A stretch of DNA of 64,000 nt from the human T2T-CHM13v2.0 reference genome, Homo sapiens (GCF_009914755.1 NC_060938.1); one strand, 5' to 3'. Shown: positions 44,988 through 57,160, counted from the first letter of the stretch. Notes: generated from the sequence alone by a model not told the origin. Made by a program: numbers and translations.

Positions 44988-45761
44988 CTTGTCTGAATGC
45001 TATGTTCCCCTCAAATTTATATAATGACACCTAATCCCAATGTGATGGTGAGAGGTGAGGCCAGCTGGACTTCCTGGGTTGAGTGGAGACTTGAGGAACT
45101 TTCCTGTCTTACAAGAGGATTGTAAAACGCACCAATCAGCGCTCTGTAAAACGCACCAATCAGCAGGATTCTAAAAGTAGCCAATTGCTGGGAGGATTGA
45201 AGAAAGGGCATTCTGATAGGACAGAAATAGAACATGAGAGGGGACAATAAGGGAATAAAAGCTGGTCACCCCAGCCAGCAGCGCAACCCTTGGGTCCCCT
45301 TCCAGGTTCTGGAAGCTTTGTCCTGTCGCTCTTCACAATAAGCCTTGCTGCCGCTCACTCTTTGGGTCCATGCCATCTTTAAGAGCTGTAACACTCACCA
45401 CGAAGGTCCGCAACTTCATTCTTGAAGTCAGTGAGATCACGAACCCACCTGCAGTAACCAACTCCAGGCACAATGGCAGTAGGAGATGGAGCCTTTGGAA
45501 GGCGATTAGGTCATGAGGACAGAGCCCTCATGAATGGGTTTAATGCCCTTATAGAAAAGGCCCAAGAGAGCTGCCTTACCCTTTCCACCATATGAGGAAA
45601 TAGTAACGGGAACCATCTAGGAGGCAGAAAGCAGACACCAAAGCTGCTGATGCCATGATCTTAGACTTCTCAGCCTCCAGAACTATGAGAAATAAATTTA
45701 TGTTTATAAAATGCCCAGTCTATGGTATTTTGTTGTAGCAGCCCAAACAGACTAAGTTACA
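44988..45761 (+). mobile_element. MaLR LTR (MSTD/MLT1A-like) split by an LTR12-type LTR
   Basis: TCTGAATG...CCTAATCCCAATGTGATGG, resuming with CAGTAGGAGATGGAGCCTTTGG...GATTAGGTCATGAGG...CAGCCTCCAGAACTATGAGAAATAAAT...CAGACTAAG. Confidence 0.85.
45049..45472 (+). mobile_element. ERV9/HERV9-family solo LTR (LTR12F-like)
   Basis: TG...CA ends; TGAGAGGTGAGGCCAGCTGGACTTCCTGGG start; tandem TGTAAAACGCACCAATCAGC repeats; GGGAATAAAAGC; 4-bp TSD ATGG (45045-45048, 45473-45476). Confidence 0.88.
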
Positions 45762-46645
45762 CATGACTAGTTAATTGCAGTAGCCTCATGACAGATTCTT
45801 TTGGTCTCTCCCACCTCTATTCCTGTTCCCATTGTAGTTCACATGCTTCTCATAAAATAATTTTACCATGGTAGCCTCCTACCAGACAGCTGCAATGGTT
45901 TCACATTGTGCTTATAATTTTTTTTAGAAAGTACAATTTCATTCATTTAGTCAAAATGAATTTTTTAGAGAAGGTGGGGGAATGGAACAGTTCTGGGATG
46001 GAATGAAAATGGATGGAGAGAGTACATAGGTAAGTTGATCTGTAGGTAAAAAGCAAGGTGGATAGTAGGTAGGTAGGTAAGTAGGTATTTGGATTGATAG
46101 GTAGATAGATAAATACAGAGAGAGAGAGGAAACGAATTAGAAAGTATTGGAGTGAGTAAGATGGTGGGCAGTGGGATAAAGCAGGGTCTGTGTAGTATGG
46201 AGTGGATATGAGAATTGGGAGACACAGGTCCTGTACTTCTATACATGACATAAGCCTCTAATCTCTCTCAGCTGTAATATGAACTATTTGGTACTAAATG
46301 CTTCTAAGTGAAGAAGGGCTATGGATTTTTGAAGGCACATTTACAAACATTATGCCTTGGTAAAAAATCTAAGATTTAAAGAACTTGTGCAGAATGTTGT
46401 GGGTTGTCTTTTCTTCCTTCCTTTCTCTCTTGCTTTCTCTCCCCCTGTTTCATTTTGTTGCAATTTTTATACTACTATTGTATTTCTCAGATATTTTCCA
46501 AAGAAATCAATATTTGTTTTTCTGGGTAGGAAAAGAACACATCTTGTTGCAAAAATAAGTACTAAAAAAAAAAAAAAAGAAGCCCACATTTTCACATTGA
46601 GCATTTATTTTTTTTTTACTTTTATTTTTATTACTTTTTTTTTTT

Positions 46646-46883
46646 AAATATTCTCAATAATGTATTAGCAGACTGATTTTAGAAGTAAAATAAAACCAGT
46701 ACAATAACATACATAATGAACATGTTATGCTTATTCTATGGATGCAAAAATGGTTTAATACTTAAAATTCAATAAATAAAATGTATTATATTTAACAAAT
46801 TAGAGGAGAAAATATCTATTATTCTATTAATAGATATAGAACTGTATTTAACAACATTTGGCATCCAGTTTTTATAAAACCTC
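46646..46883 (+). mobile_element. Ancient L1M ORF2 fragment, probably delivered as the 3' transduction of the adjacent L1HS
   Basis: GGATGCAAAAATGGTTTAATAC...TCAATAAAT...AATAGATATAGAA...TTTAACAACATT...ATAAAACCTC resembles L1 ORF2 RT-region DNA; flanked on both sides by T-runs. Confidence 0.65.
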
Positions 46884-47697
46884 TTTTTTTTTTTCTTTTT
46901 TTTTTTAATGTTTTTTTTTTATTATACTCTAAGTTTTAGGGTACATGTGCACATTGTGCAGGTTAGTTACATATGTATACATGTGCCATGCTGGTGCGCT
47001 GCACCCACTAACGTGTCATCTAGCATTAGGTATAACTCCCAATGCTATCCCTCCCCCCTCCCCCGACCCCACCACAGTCCCCAGAGTGTGATATTCCCCT
47101 TCCTGTGTCCATGTGATCTCATTGTTCAATTCCCACCTATGAGTGAGAATATGCGGTGTTTGGTTTTTTGTTCTTGCGATAGTTTACTGAGAATGATGGT
47201 TTCCAATTTCATCCATGTCCCTACAAAGGACATGAACTCATCATTTTTTATGGCTGCATAGTATTCCATGGTGTATATGTGCCACATTTTCTTAATCCAG
47301 TCTATCATTGTTGGACATTTGGGTTGGTTCCAAGTCTTTGCTATTGTGAATAGTGCCGCAATAAACATATGTGTGCATGTGTCTTTATAGCAGCATGATT
47401 TATAGTCCTTTGGGTATATACCCAGTAATGAGATGGCTGGGTCAAATGGTATTTCTAGTTCTAGATCCCTGAGGAATCGCCACACTGACTTCCACAATGG
47501 TTGAACTAGTTTACAGTCCCACCAACAGTGTAAAAGTGTTCCTATTTCTCCACATCCTCTCCAGCACCTGTTGTTTCCTGACTTTTTAATGATTGCCATT
47601 CTAACTGGTGTGAGATGATATCTCACAGTGGTTTTGATTTGCATTTCTCTGATGGCCAGTGATGATGAGCATTTCTTCATGTGTTTTTTGGCTGCAT
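46884..47697 (-). mobile_element. L1HS pre-Ta (ACG/G), 5'-truncated, ~0.8 kb
   Basis: Minus strand reads GATGACACGTTAGTGGG (ACG diagnostic) and AAACTTAGAGTATAAT (G); long poly(A); open ORF2p C-terminus 47697-47126 including the [18 protein letters not shown] zinc knuckle and ending IFSLIGGN. Confidence 0.93.
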
Positions 47698-47704
47698 TAC
47701 TTTT

Positions 47705-48295
47705 ATTATTATTTTTTCTTCCTGAGACGGAGTTTCCCTCTTGTTGCCCAGGCTGGAGTGCAGTGGCGCAATCTAGGCTCACTGCAACCTCCGCCTCCTG
47801 GGTTCAAGTGATTCTTCTGCCTCAGGCTCCTGAGGCACTCTCTTCTTCAAATGCATGGGTGATTTATGGGTAATGGTCTGGATCTGTCACCTAATATTGA
47901 TTATATATTTAATGAGTGGAACTGACTGGAAAAATCCCTAAGGATCTCTGGGCAGAGACTATTTAGCCTTGGAATTCCCAGTAAGTTTCTTAATGCAATG
48001 TTCTGTCCAAACTATTCACCTCTGGGTGAAGTTTTTTTATTTTATTGATGCAGAGGGGAGGTAAATAGCTAATGCATTTATTTAAAGCAAGTAAATATTT
48101 AACTTTATAAATTATTCTAATTTATACAGGTGATTACAGGCAGCCGCCACCACGCCCGGCTAATTTTGTGTTTTTAGTAGAAACAGGGTTTCTCCATGTT
48201 GGTTAGGCTGGTCTCGAACTCCGGACCTCAGATGATCTGCCTGCCTCGGCCTCTCAAAGTGCTAGGATTACAGGCAAGAGCCACCACTCCCTGAG
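47705..48295 (-). mobile_element. AluSq/Sp, split by a 285-bp templated insertion
   Basis: Right arm 47721-47834, resumes at GATTACAGG ~48132; TSD TATTTTTATTACTTTT at 46623-46638 and 48296-48311. Confidence 0.9.
47836..48120 (+). repeat. 285-bp direct copy of 49929-50213
   Basis: CACTCTCTTCTTCAAATGCATGG...AAATTATTCTAA in both places; three substitutions seen by eye. Confidence 0.97.
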
Positions 48296-48329
48296 TATTT
48301 TTATTACTTTTTAACGATACTATGGCAGT

Positions 48330-48627
48330 AGACATTTGAACTCTTGAATGATTGTTTTCTTTAGATAAAATTCCAGAAATGGAATTCTTGAAGAAGAGTG
48401 TACATATTTTTAAAGGTTTGGACATGTAGCCCATTTCTGCCTCCCTTGCCAAGTGTAGGGCAGAAGAATATTTGTTTCTTTACACCCTCACCAACACTGG
48501 GTATTATTGAGCTTTTAAATATGCCCCAATTCTCCAGGTGAAAAATAGCATCTAATATATGTTTTAGTGTGCATTTCACTGATTAATAGTGAATCTGAAA
48601 ATGTTTTCTTATAATTATTGGCCATTT
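48330..48627 (-). mobile_element. Old L1M (L1ME-like) ORF2 3' fragment
   Basis: TTCCAGAAATGGAATT...ACACCCTCACCAACACTGGGTATTAT...TGCATTTCACTGATTAATAGTGA...ATTGGCCATTT. Confidence 0.7.
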
Positions 48628-49928
48628 CTAGCAGGCAGTGTATTATAGCTTATCATAACACATCATTTTATCGAGAAATGCCGTTATCAGCTCTGCAGCA
48701 AAAAGTAGTAAGCACATGCTAAGCATGTTTCTCTGTGTACCTTATTTTGCATACAGTTAATAATAAGAAGAAAAGTTAAAAAATATTTTATTTGGTAGTG
48801 GCCCAATATATGATATCCAAAATAAAAAGGATTCAGAATGCATACTCTATATCCTTGTGCAAAATTGTTCTAATTTTAGATTTTCTGTTATATACTGTTT
48901 TGCTAATAGGAGTTATATGGTGGAAATATGTGTGTTATGTGATATTTCTAGTGATCTGGCAATTATCACTTTGCCATAACTGTATTTGCCAGCATAAGTT
49001 AAACTTAGACTAACTTTAATATTCAATGTTTGCTTAAGTGGGGTTCAGTCTGCTTTAACCTGACTATGAGATAGTTCTCTATGGATAATATCAGAAAGTG
49101 ACATAGGCCATTGCTCAAACAACAGCAACATTCATTTTAGAATTGTCTTTCAAAAAACCCCTTACAGTGCTTCAGTGGCTTTAAGTGGTAGATGTCTTTA
49201 TTGTCTTTCTTTATAGATCTGATCTCCTAAATTTGAAAGACAGAAGTCAGTCAAACATTTTCCATAATAATATTGAAGTGAGCAAGGAAACAGCCCAGTA
49301 TCTTTATTAATATTTCTCTTTTAGTCTCAGGTTTCTGATATTTATTTAAAGGCATTAGTTCTTTACTGATGATTTCTGCATGCATAGTCTGCTAATGTGT
49401 GACTAATACACTAAGTGCTTTTTCCCAGTGGAGAGAACAAGATCATTTGGAAGAGATTCAATTCCAGACCTCCTTTTATCAGGTTTGCTTTATTAGCTTT
49501 GGTGTCTGGATGTACACAGTATACCTTTGTCCTTTTGCAAGTGAAATTGTTTGCTAGAGGAGGAAAAAATTATTTGCCCTTAAGAAACCTTCAAAGTGAG
49601 TGAAAATTGCTGTGATGCAAACTCTCAGAAGCAATTTGTAAATCTTTGGACCACGGGCATTGCTATTTCACATCTTAGTGTCTGTCCTTCCTATTTCATT
49701 ACATTTTTTGTATCTGCCTTGTTATGTGAGAAGACTTATTTCATTTGCTATAGTAGGCCCAGGGATATGATCTGAGGAGGGACAATGTTGGAATTTAAGG
49801 AAAATCCCATAGAAGTGAGATTTCATTGGCTAAGCTTTCCTTTCCCTTCCTATTTCCTTCAGTCATTTCTCTAGCAACCTGTTGGATATTGTGCCTTTTA
49901 CTTCTACACTTCAAGTACCACCATCCCA

Positions 49929-50213
49929 CACTCTCTTCTTCAAATGCATGGGTGATTTATGGGTAATGGTCTGGATCTGTCACCTAATATTGAGTATATA
50001 TTTAATGAGTGGAACTGACTGGAAAAATCCCTAAGGATCTCTGGGCAGAGACTATTTAGCCTTGGAATTCCCAGTAAATTTCTTAATACAATGTTCTGTC
50101 CAAACTATTCACCTCTGGGTGAAGTTTTTTTATTTTATTGATGCAGAGGGGAGGTAAATAGCTAATGCATTTATTTAAAGCAAGTAAATATTTAACTTTA
50201 TAAATTATTCTAA
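49929..50213 (+). repeat. Donor copy of the 285-bp duplication
   Basis: Sits in continuous unique-looking sequence, 2093 bp downstream of the copy inside the Alu. Confidence 0.95.
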
Positions 50214-50308
50214 GATATAAAGCAAAGTAGCAGATTTCAAGAGAGAAAAATATGAAAAGTCAGAAACATCTTTCAAAATATAATAAGAAGGGAGAGAAAG
50301 TTGGTTAC

Positions 50309-50415
50309 TGCTACAGTCTGAATGTTTGTGTCTCCCAAAATTCTTATGTTGAAATCCTAACCCCGATAATGGTGGTATTAGGATGTGGGGCTCTAGGAAG
50401 TGATTAAAGAGCTCT
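50309..50415 (+). mobile_element. MaLR LTR 5' fragment (MST/MLT1A-like)
   Basis: TGCTACAGTCTGAATGTTTGTGTCTCCCAAAATTCTTATGTTGAAATCCTAACCCC. Confidence 0.8.
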
Positions 50416-50661
50416 TGTACTAGTCAGGGCTCTCTAGCAAGACAGAACCAATAGAAGGTACACACACACACACATGCACACACACACACATAAGCTGGTG
50501 GTGTAATTCAGTCTGTGTCTTAAGGCCTGAAAACTGGGGGTCCCTGTAATATAAGTCCTGGAATTCAAAGTTCAAATGTCTGAGAACTAGGAAAGCTCCA
50601 GTGTCTGAAGACAGGAGAAGGCGAATGTCCCAGCTCCAGAAGACAGAATGAATTTGCTCTT

Positions 50662-51175
50662 TGCTATGGATTCAATGTTTGTCTCCCCAGCCCCTAAAAT
50701 TATGCTGAAATTTAATTACCATTGTAACATTATTAAGAAGTGGGAACTTTAAGTGGTGATTAGGCCATGAGGGCTCTGCCCTGATTAATGGATTAATGTC
50801 TGTATTAGTCTGTTTTGTGTGGCTATAAAGGAATACCTGAAGCTGGGTAATTTATAAAGAAAAGAAGTCTATTTGGCTCACAGTTCTGTAGGCTATACAA
50901 GCATGGCAAAGGCATCTGCTCAGCTTCTGGTAAGGCCACAGGAAGCTTTTAAAAGGATTTCATATAATAGGACATGTTCGCCCCTTTTTTGTCTCTTTCT
51001 TGTTTACTCTCTGAGCCTTTCACCTCTGCCATAGAATAATGCAGCAAGAAGGCCTGTGTCACATGTCGGCCCCTCAGTATTGAACTTCCGGAAGTGTGAG
51101 CCAATAGAGTTTTGTTTTTTATAAATTACCTAGTCTCAGGAATTGTGGTATAGCAGCATAAAATGAACCAAGACA
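50662..51175 (+). mobile_element. MST-type MaLR LTR nested in MLT2
   Basis: TGCTATGG...GATTAGGCCATGAGGGCTCTGCCCT...ATAAATTACCTAGTCTCAGG...CCAAGACA; 5-bp flanks CTCTT/CCCTT. Confidence 0.8.
50801..50950 (-). mobile_element. MSTA/B LTR fragment nested in the MST LTR
   Basis: TGTATTAGTCTGTTTT...GCTATAAAGGAATACCTGAAGCTGGGTAATTTATAAAGAAAAGA. Confidence 0.85.
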
Positions 51176-52074
51176 CCCTTCCTCCACCTTTTTGTTCTAT
51201 TTGGATCTACAACAGATTAGATGATGTCTACCCACATTGGTGAGGGTGGATCTTACTCAGTCATCTTTGATCTACTGATTCAAATGCTAATCCCTTCTGG
51301 AAAGACCTCACATACGCATTCAGAAATAATGTTTTACCCGCTATCTGGCTATTCCTTAACCTAGTCATGTTGACATGTAAAAGTAATCATCACAGCCACC
51401 ATTCAGTGCCCTCACTAAGTTCACTAATATTCTGTATTGGACCTTTTGCATATTAATAATAATTATTAAACCAAGCTTATATAAGAGAACAGAGCCATGG
51501 CAGTAAATACTTCTTAAATCATCATACAGGGTTGATGGTTGAACTCGAAATACTGCATTAGAATACATTCTTTTAAAGACACTGAAAAAAGGTTTTCATG
51601 TGACACTGGTGAATGTGCTATAATTACTGCTCAATGGTTCAGTTATTTTGTGAGTTTGAAATCCTCACATTTCAAGAAGAATTGTAATATTTGAAATGGG
51701 TTTTTAATATAAAAGCTGTAGACCTCTGAAAAGCTTCTAAGGGATTGGAATCCAATTAGTTACTTGTATATTCTGCCTGGAATAATGTATCCTTAAGTAC
51801 TTTTTTTTTTTGGAGGTAAGTAATTAAATAGGGTTAGAAAACTGAAAAAATAGATGGTGTAAACATTTGTTATAAATTAATTTGTTAACTTTTCTCCCAT
51901 ATTTCCATGTAATGGGTTCTAATGTTCTATTACAGCTAGAAAGATAAAAAAAAGAAATCAATGATATGATTTCTTTTTCTCAAAGGGATTACTGCTAAGT
52001 TAGAAGAAATATATTTAATGTATCTGAGAAAACTGTAGAATATTTGTGAGGTGACATGTAAGCACTGATCAAAT

Positions 52075-53460
52075 TTGTCAGTTGCAAATGACAAAAACTC
52101 AGCTTAATTAGTTTGAGGAAAATGGGTTTATGGTCTACACAGCTTAGAAATATAGAGGACAAACCTACCTCTGGCTAGATGGATGCCATTAGGCCACTTA
52201 CTCTCTCTCCATTCATCTTCTCTTCTTTTTCCTGTGTTGGCTTTAATTTCAGGCCGTATTTTCCTGAATGGTAGTAGGGTTGGCCATTGAAGGAAAGTTA
52301 TATACTCATTTTATCTTCATAGCTAGCAGTTTCAATACAAAAAAATATGACTTCTTTTCCCCTGTTACTTGCAGCTAAAGCCCCAAGGAAGGTTGTGATT
52401 AGTCTGTCCTAGGTTATGTGCCATCCCTGAATGTCCCTGTGACCAATTTTAGGGTGCTCTGATTCACCCATTTTGGATCATAAACTAATCCTTGTGGGAA
52501 TGGGGGATGCAATGTGAAGTGCCATAAAATGGGCTTTCCATGAAAAAGAAAGGCTGTGTAACAAGAAGAGAATGAGAAGCATGGTGAACAGACAAAAAGC
52601 ATGGTTATCACAGTCCACTACCATTCATTACTTGGCTACTTAACAACAAGCTTACTTCTTGTATGCATTATTTCAAAGTGCCACTGCCTGACAATGGAAA
52701 TATTAGACAGTGAAACTATGAGACAACCAATAGTGCACTCTTTCTCAAAGTAAAGCGAGGCAAGTCAATGTCTCATCCAGGTACTTCCTTCACCTCTCAG
52801 GTCCTCATCTTTATTGATTCAATCCCTTTCACATTTAAATTATGTTACTTGTCACACATCAATTCCTGTTATTCTTGTATCAGAGATATCCTGTTTGAAA
52901 GTGACAGAAAAATAGTGGAAACCATTTGAACTCCAAAGAAATTTATTATCTCCAATAAATGAAAAGTTTGCCGTTAGCTGTCAGGCATGATGGATTCAGG
53001 AGTAAAAAGTGATGCTGTGAAGACATCACCTTTCCCTTTCTGAATCTTACTTGCCTTTGAGTTAGTTAAATTTTGGGACAAATTTTCTAACATGGTAATC
53101 AAGCGGACAACTAGTACCTCTACGCTTACTTCAAAGGCAAAGCCAGCAGTTTCAATGATTAGTGTCCACTTCTTCAGAGTCCAACAAAATTTCTAGAGAT
53201 GTAACTGATTGACTTGGGAGAAATGCCAATCCCTGAACCAGTTTCTTCAGCTTGGTGTTTGTGTGTCTAGCTGGATGGAATACTCCTGATTTTGTTGGTC
53301 CTGCGTCATGTGCCCACCCCAGTGGTTGTGATAATGGAGAGATGTCAGCCCCAACAAGACCATAGGAAATGGGTTTCCTATAAAAATTAGAGCCTGTTTC
53401 CCATAGAAACAGATTACTTAAAAAGGTAATATGCCAACAAAGATCATAACTGCAATACTA
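52075..53460 (-). mobile_element. Two old ERVL/MaLR-class LTR remnants (LTR33/MLT1-like), ~52075-52620 and ~52865-53460
   Basis: Starts GTTGCAAATGACAAAAACTCA and GAAAGTGACAGAAAA; each contains CTGATT...GGTCATGTGCCCACCCC-type motifs. Confidence 0.45.
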
Positions 53461-53779
53461 CAAAATAAACAATAGAGTGAAGTAAATAAATTAGTTTTGA
53501 TTGAGTTCTTGTAATGTATCCAGTATCTGGCTATGTTATTTCACATTTATTAGATAAATGTGCTCCAAATGACTTAGCAGTGCCTAGTACTACTAGGATT
53601 TTTAAAAACTGTACTAACTCATGACATTTCAGTGTCTTCCCTACCACTTTAAGGCAGGTGATTCTGGATTTCTTTCTTGTGTGAAGTATCAAATTTTGGA
53701 AAACTATGGAGAGGCATAGAGCAGATGAACAGAAAGATGGATGGTGTGGAGATGAGAAAAAGGAGGATGTGTAAGAAAT

Positions 53780-54455
53780 AAGGTTGCCATTTAGTCTGAT
53801 CTGAAGTGATCAGTGCGACCCTAGAGTGGAGTGATGGGAAATATTAGTGAGCCAGACACACTGGAATCCTTTCACAGAAGGTTTTAAATGTTCAGTGGGG
53901 AAGTTTGAGTTTTTTCTTAAGTAAGATTAAAAAAGAACTAACTAAACATTTCAAACAAAAGGGATTTTTGATGAAAAGAGTGTTGAGGTTTTTGCACAGT
54001 GGTATGTGAGGTGGACTGGAGAAGGCACTAGAGGAAAGAGATAAGCTGGCAGACCATTATCGGCTTCTTGATGTGCAGCGATAAGGACCCAGACTAGAGA
54101 AGAGGCAGAAGTATTTGAAAATCTAGACTCAGATGAATGATTTTGAAACTCTGAGGTATGGTAAAATCACTGGTGGAGTGAATGAAAATGCAGATTCTAG
54201 GGATCATTTTGTAGATGTTCAGATTCAGTAGGTCTGGAGCAGGGCACCGCAATATGTATTTTAACAAGCACTCATGGTGATTCTGATGCAGGTCATTCCC
54301 AGACCACAGATTGTTGCAGAGGAGGAATAGGCAGATGTTTGATTAACTATGAAGGGCAATCAAGCTGGGAGGAGAGGGGAATTGACTGCTGATGGTAATT
54401 GGAAGGTTGGGAAAGGACCCTGATTGTAGGGAGAGTTGATGAATTCTATTTAGAT
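53780..54455 (-). mobile_element. L2 fragment with a nested MER5-type hAT MITE (~54155-54313)
   Basis: Purine-rich L2-like sequence; AAAATGCAGATTCT...GATTCAGTAGGTCTGG...TTTTAACAAGCAC...GGTGATTCTGATGCAGGT is MER5-like. Confidence 0.6.
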
Positions 54456-54866
54456 AATTGTTATTCATGTTTATGTTTGAAGCTTGGGTGTGTGGATTTC
54501 AGTTAGTATTTTCTGTGTATTTAAAGCTATTGATTAGAAGATATCCTGGAATGGAAATGATTAAGCACTTGGCCTCTATCTCCAAACACTGGAATGGTTC
54601 TAGGCACTTACAGCTTTGGCTAGTTTCAGGCAGAGTTTGAGGTGGAATAGGGAAGTCAATATTATAAGAGCCATGCTGAAGCTATTGTGTTTAGAAATAC
54701 CTGGACATTCTTTTTAGTGTCTAGAAATGACTGTCAACATTGTCGAAACTAATCCTGTGGTATCTGAAAAATTAAGATGAGGAGATTTTTGTTAGTATAA
54801 CATACAGATTCTAAAATTCTCTTAGCTCGTAGCACACTAGTCAATATGTTAATAATGTTACTAATG

Positions 54867-55171
54867 TTGAAGGAGGCATGGAATGGGGACAGACGTTGAT
54901 CAAAGGGTGCAAAGCTTCAGTTAGAACGAACACATTCTGCATATCTATTGTGTAACATGGCTATTATAGTTAATAATAATGATGGTATACTTGAAAATTG
55001 CTAAGAGAGTAGATTTTAAATGTTCTCACCACAGAAAAATAAGTATATGAGGTAATGTACACGTTAATTAGCTTGATTTAATAATTTCACAATGTATACA
55101 TATATAAAAATATCATGCTGTAGACCATAATTATGTACAATTTTATTGATCAATTACATTTTAATGAAAAA
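54867..55171 (+). mobile_element. L1MA (L1MA8/9-like) 3' end
   Basis: TTGAAAATTGCTAAGAGAGTAGATTTTAAATGTTCTCACCAC...GTTAATTAGCTTGATTTA; perfect TSD TAATAATGTTACTAATG at 54850-54866 and 55172-55188. Confidence 0.88.
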
Positions 55172-56424
55172 TAATAATGTTACTAATGAACTTTTACCCC
55201 ATTGAGGCAACAGTACCTGATGAGAAAAATAATAATTTCTTTTAAGCTAGGCCTTTCTGTCAGGTAATAGTCCTCTTCTAATTTGCCTTAATAGCTTTAG
55301 AATCCCTTCCCTGCAAAATCTATGGATACTTAACTTATATAACATGTGTGCAGCTATTACTCTCAGTGGTTGATTTCTCTTTCTGTCCATCTTTCAACTG
55401 AATTAGGGAGTGGGAAGCTAACCTTTGATTTTCATTCTGGAAGAAAGCATTGGTTATAAAGTGTGCATATTGTTTCCTCTGCTGCTTTGTTCAGATCCCA
55501 TGGATAATTTTTGAGACTGATTAGGAGAATTACTAAAGTCTCTCAAACAAGGCTATAAAGATATTTGTAATTATGGCTTGACAGATAATACTACTCTACT
55601 GAATTGTTATCTTAGGCAGGTTGGCTCCCCTTGGAGTCATCTCCTGTTTATAGCTCTGGACCAGAGTGCATTTGGCTATGTCTCTAATCTCTTTACTATG
55701 CCATCCAAGAGTGGATGGCTACACATTTAAAATAAATACACCCATACCCACATATGATACACACCAGAAAAACTGAGGGTAATATATCTATCAGAATACA
55801 GTGTGATTTAATTTTCTTTTGATATAGATGGTGATTATAGGTATATTCTATGTTTTTGCCAATTGAGAGAGGATAAACAATAAATATTTTCATTTTATAT
55901 TTTATATCTGAATTGAAAATGTATCTAGTTCAGCACAGGAAGGCAATGTGACTAAGGGATATTGAGTTTGATCATCATAATTAAGAAATCTGCCAGAGTC
56001 ACATTTGGAAAATTTGTTCCACTTCTCTGAGCTTTAGTTTGTGTTTTCTAAAATAGAAATACCAGAACTCTTTCTATAATTAGACATTTTGAGACTAATA
56101 AGGAAACACTATGCAAGAGGAAAATACGAATAAAATTGGGGAAACTTTTTTTGAAAATCAGTAGCAACATTTTAGGAGCAATGTCAGTGAATAATTACTG
56201 CCCAAGAGATAGAATATACTCTAAAATAGTGTTAGAATAAAGTACTTAAAAGTTTTAATACTATTTTAAAAAATATTAGAAAAATAGTCATTAGCTTACA
56301 TACACTGTATTTGGATGGATACTAGTATTGTGACCAAGATGTCTTTTAGTACAGTGTAGTACCTTCCTGGCATATTTTTTCCTCTAAGATTTTATTTTCA
56401 AGCATTTTGTTTCCTTAATTTGCT

Positions 56425-57160
56425 TAAGAGCTTTATTAAGGCATACTTTTATAACATAAAATTCATCCATTATAAGCAAGCAATTCAATGAATTTTAGTA
56501 AATTTATAGAGTTCTGAAATCATCTCCACAATCCAGTTTAGAGCAATTTGTCCTAAAAAGGGTTCTCATACAGGTGATTTCTGGCCCCAGTGATGTTCTG
56601 CCTTCTGTCTTCATAAATTTTCCTACTATGGAGATTTTATATACATAAAATCAATATGTAGTCTTTATGCCTGGCTTTTTTTTAACTTAGAATAATATTC
56701 TTAGGGGTCATCCTTTTTTTGTTAGCATATATCAGTAGTTCACTCCTTTTTGCTGAATAGTATTCCATTGCATGGATATACCACATTTTGTTTACTTTTT
56801 ACCCATTCAGAGACATTTGGACTATTTCCAGTTTTTAGCTATTATGAATAATGCCGCTATTAATATTTTCTATTCTTGTATTTCTTTTAGTGCAGGTCTG
56901 CTGATTATAAATTATCTGTCCATAAATATTCTTATCTCACTTTCATTATAGAATATACAGAATTGTATGTTGCCAGAAACTTTCAGCGATGTAAAGATAT
57001 TACATTATATTGTAATTTTCATAGTTTATATTGATATTATTAATAAGTTTTTGTTTGCTATCGTTTTGAATTTAATGTATCTTTTTCTTTATCTGCTTTT
57101 AAGATTTTCTCTTTTTTTCTTGTATTTTCAGCAGTTTTACTATTGTGTGCCTAGGTGTCT
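56425..57160 (-). mobile_element. Old L1M fragments
   Basis: TTGCTGAATAGTATTCCATTGCATGGATATACCACATTTTGTTT...TTTCCAGTTTTTAGCTATTATGAATAATGC; then CTGCTTTTAAGATTTTCTCTTT. Confidence 0.7.

Larger units (their letters stand above)
50416..51394 (-). mobile_element. MLT2 (ERVL) LTR, interrupted
   Basis: TGTACTAGTCAGGG...AGACAGAACCAATAG followed by (CA)n; end CTACTGATTCAAATGCTAATC...GTTGACATGTAAAAGTAATCATCACA. Confidence 0.85.

Noticed and set aside
45943-46251. Overlapping ~100-aa minus-strand ORFs
   Set aside because: They arise from a (TAGG/TAGA)n purine-rich low-complexity tract.
47126-47782. 218-aa ORF
   Set aside because: A chance fusion of Alu tail sequence to the ORF2p C-terminus of a truncated L1, with no promoter or true start.
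49428-49482. 54-nt exon-like segment (WREQDHLEEIQFQTSFYQ)
   Set aside because: Weak donor (GTTTGC), isolated, and the peptide is not recognised.
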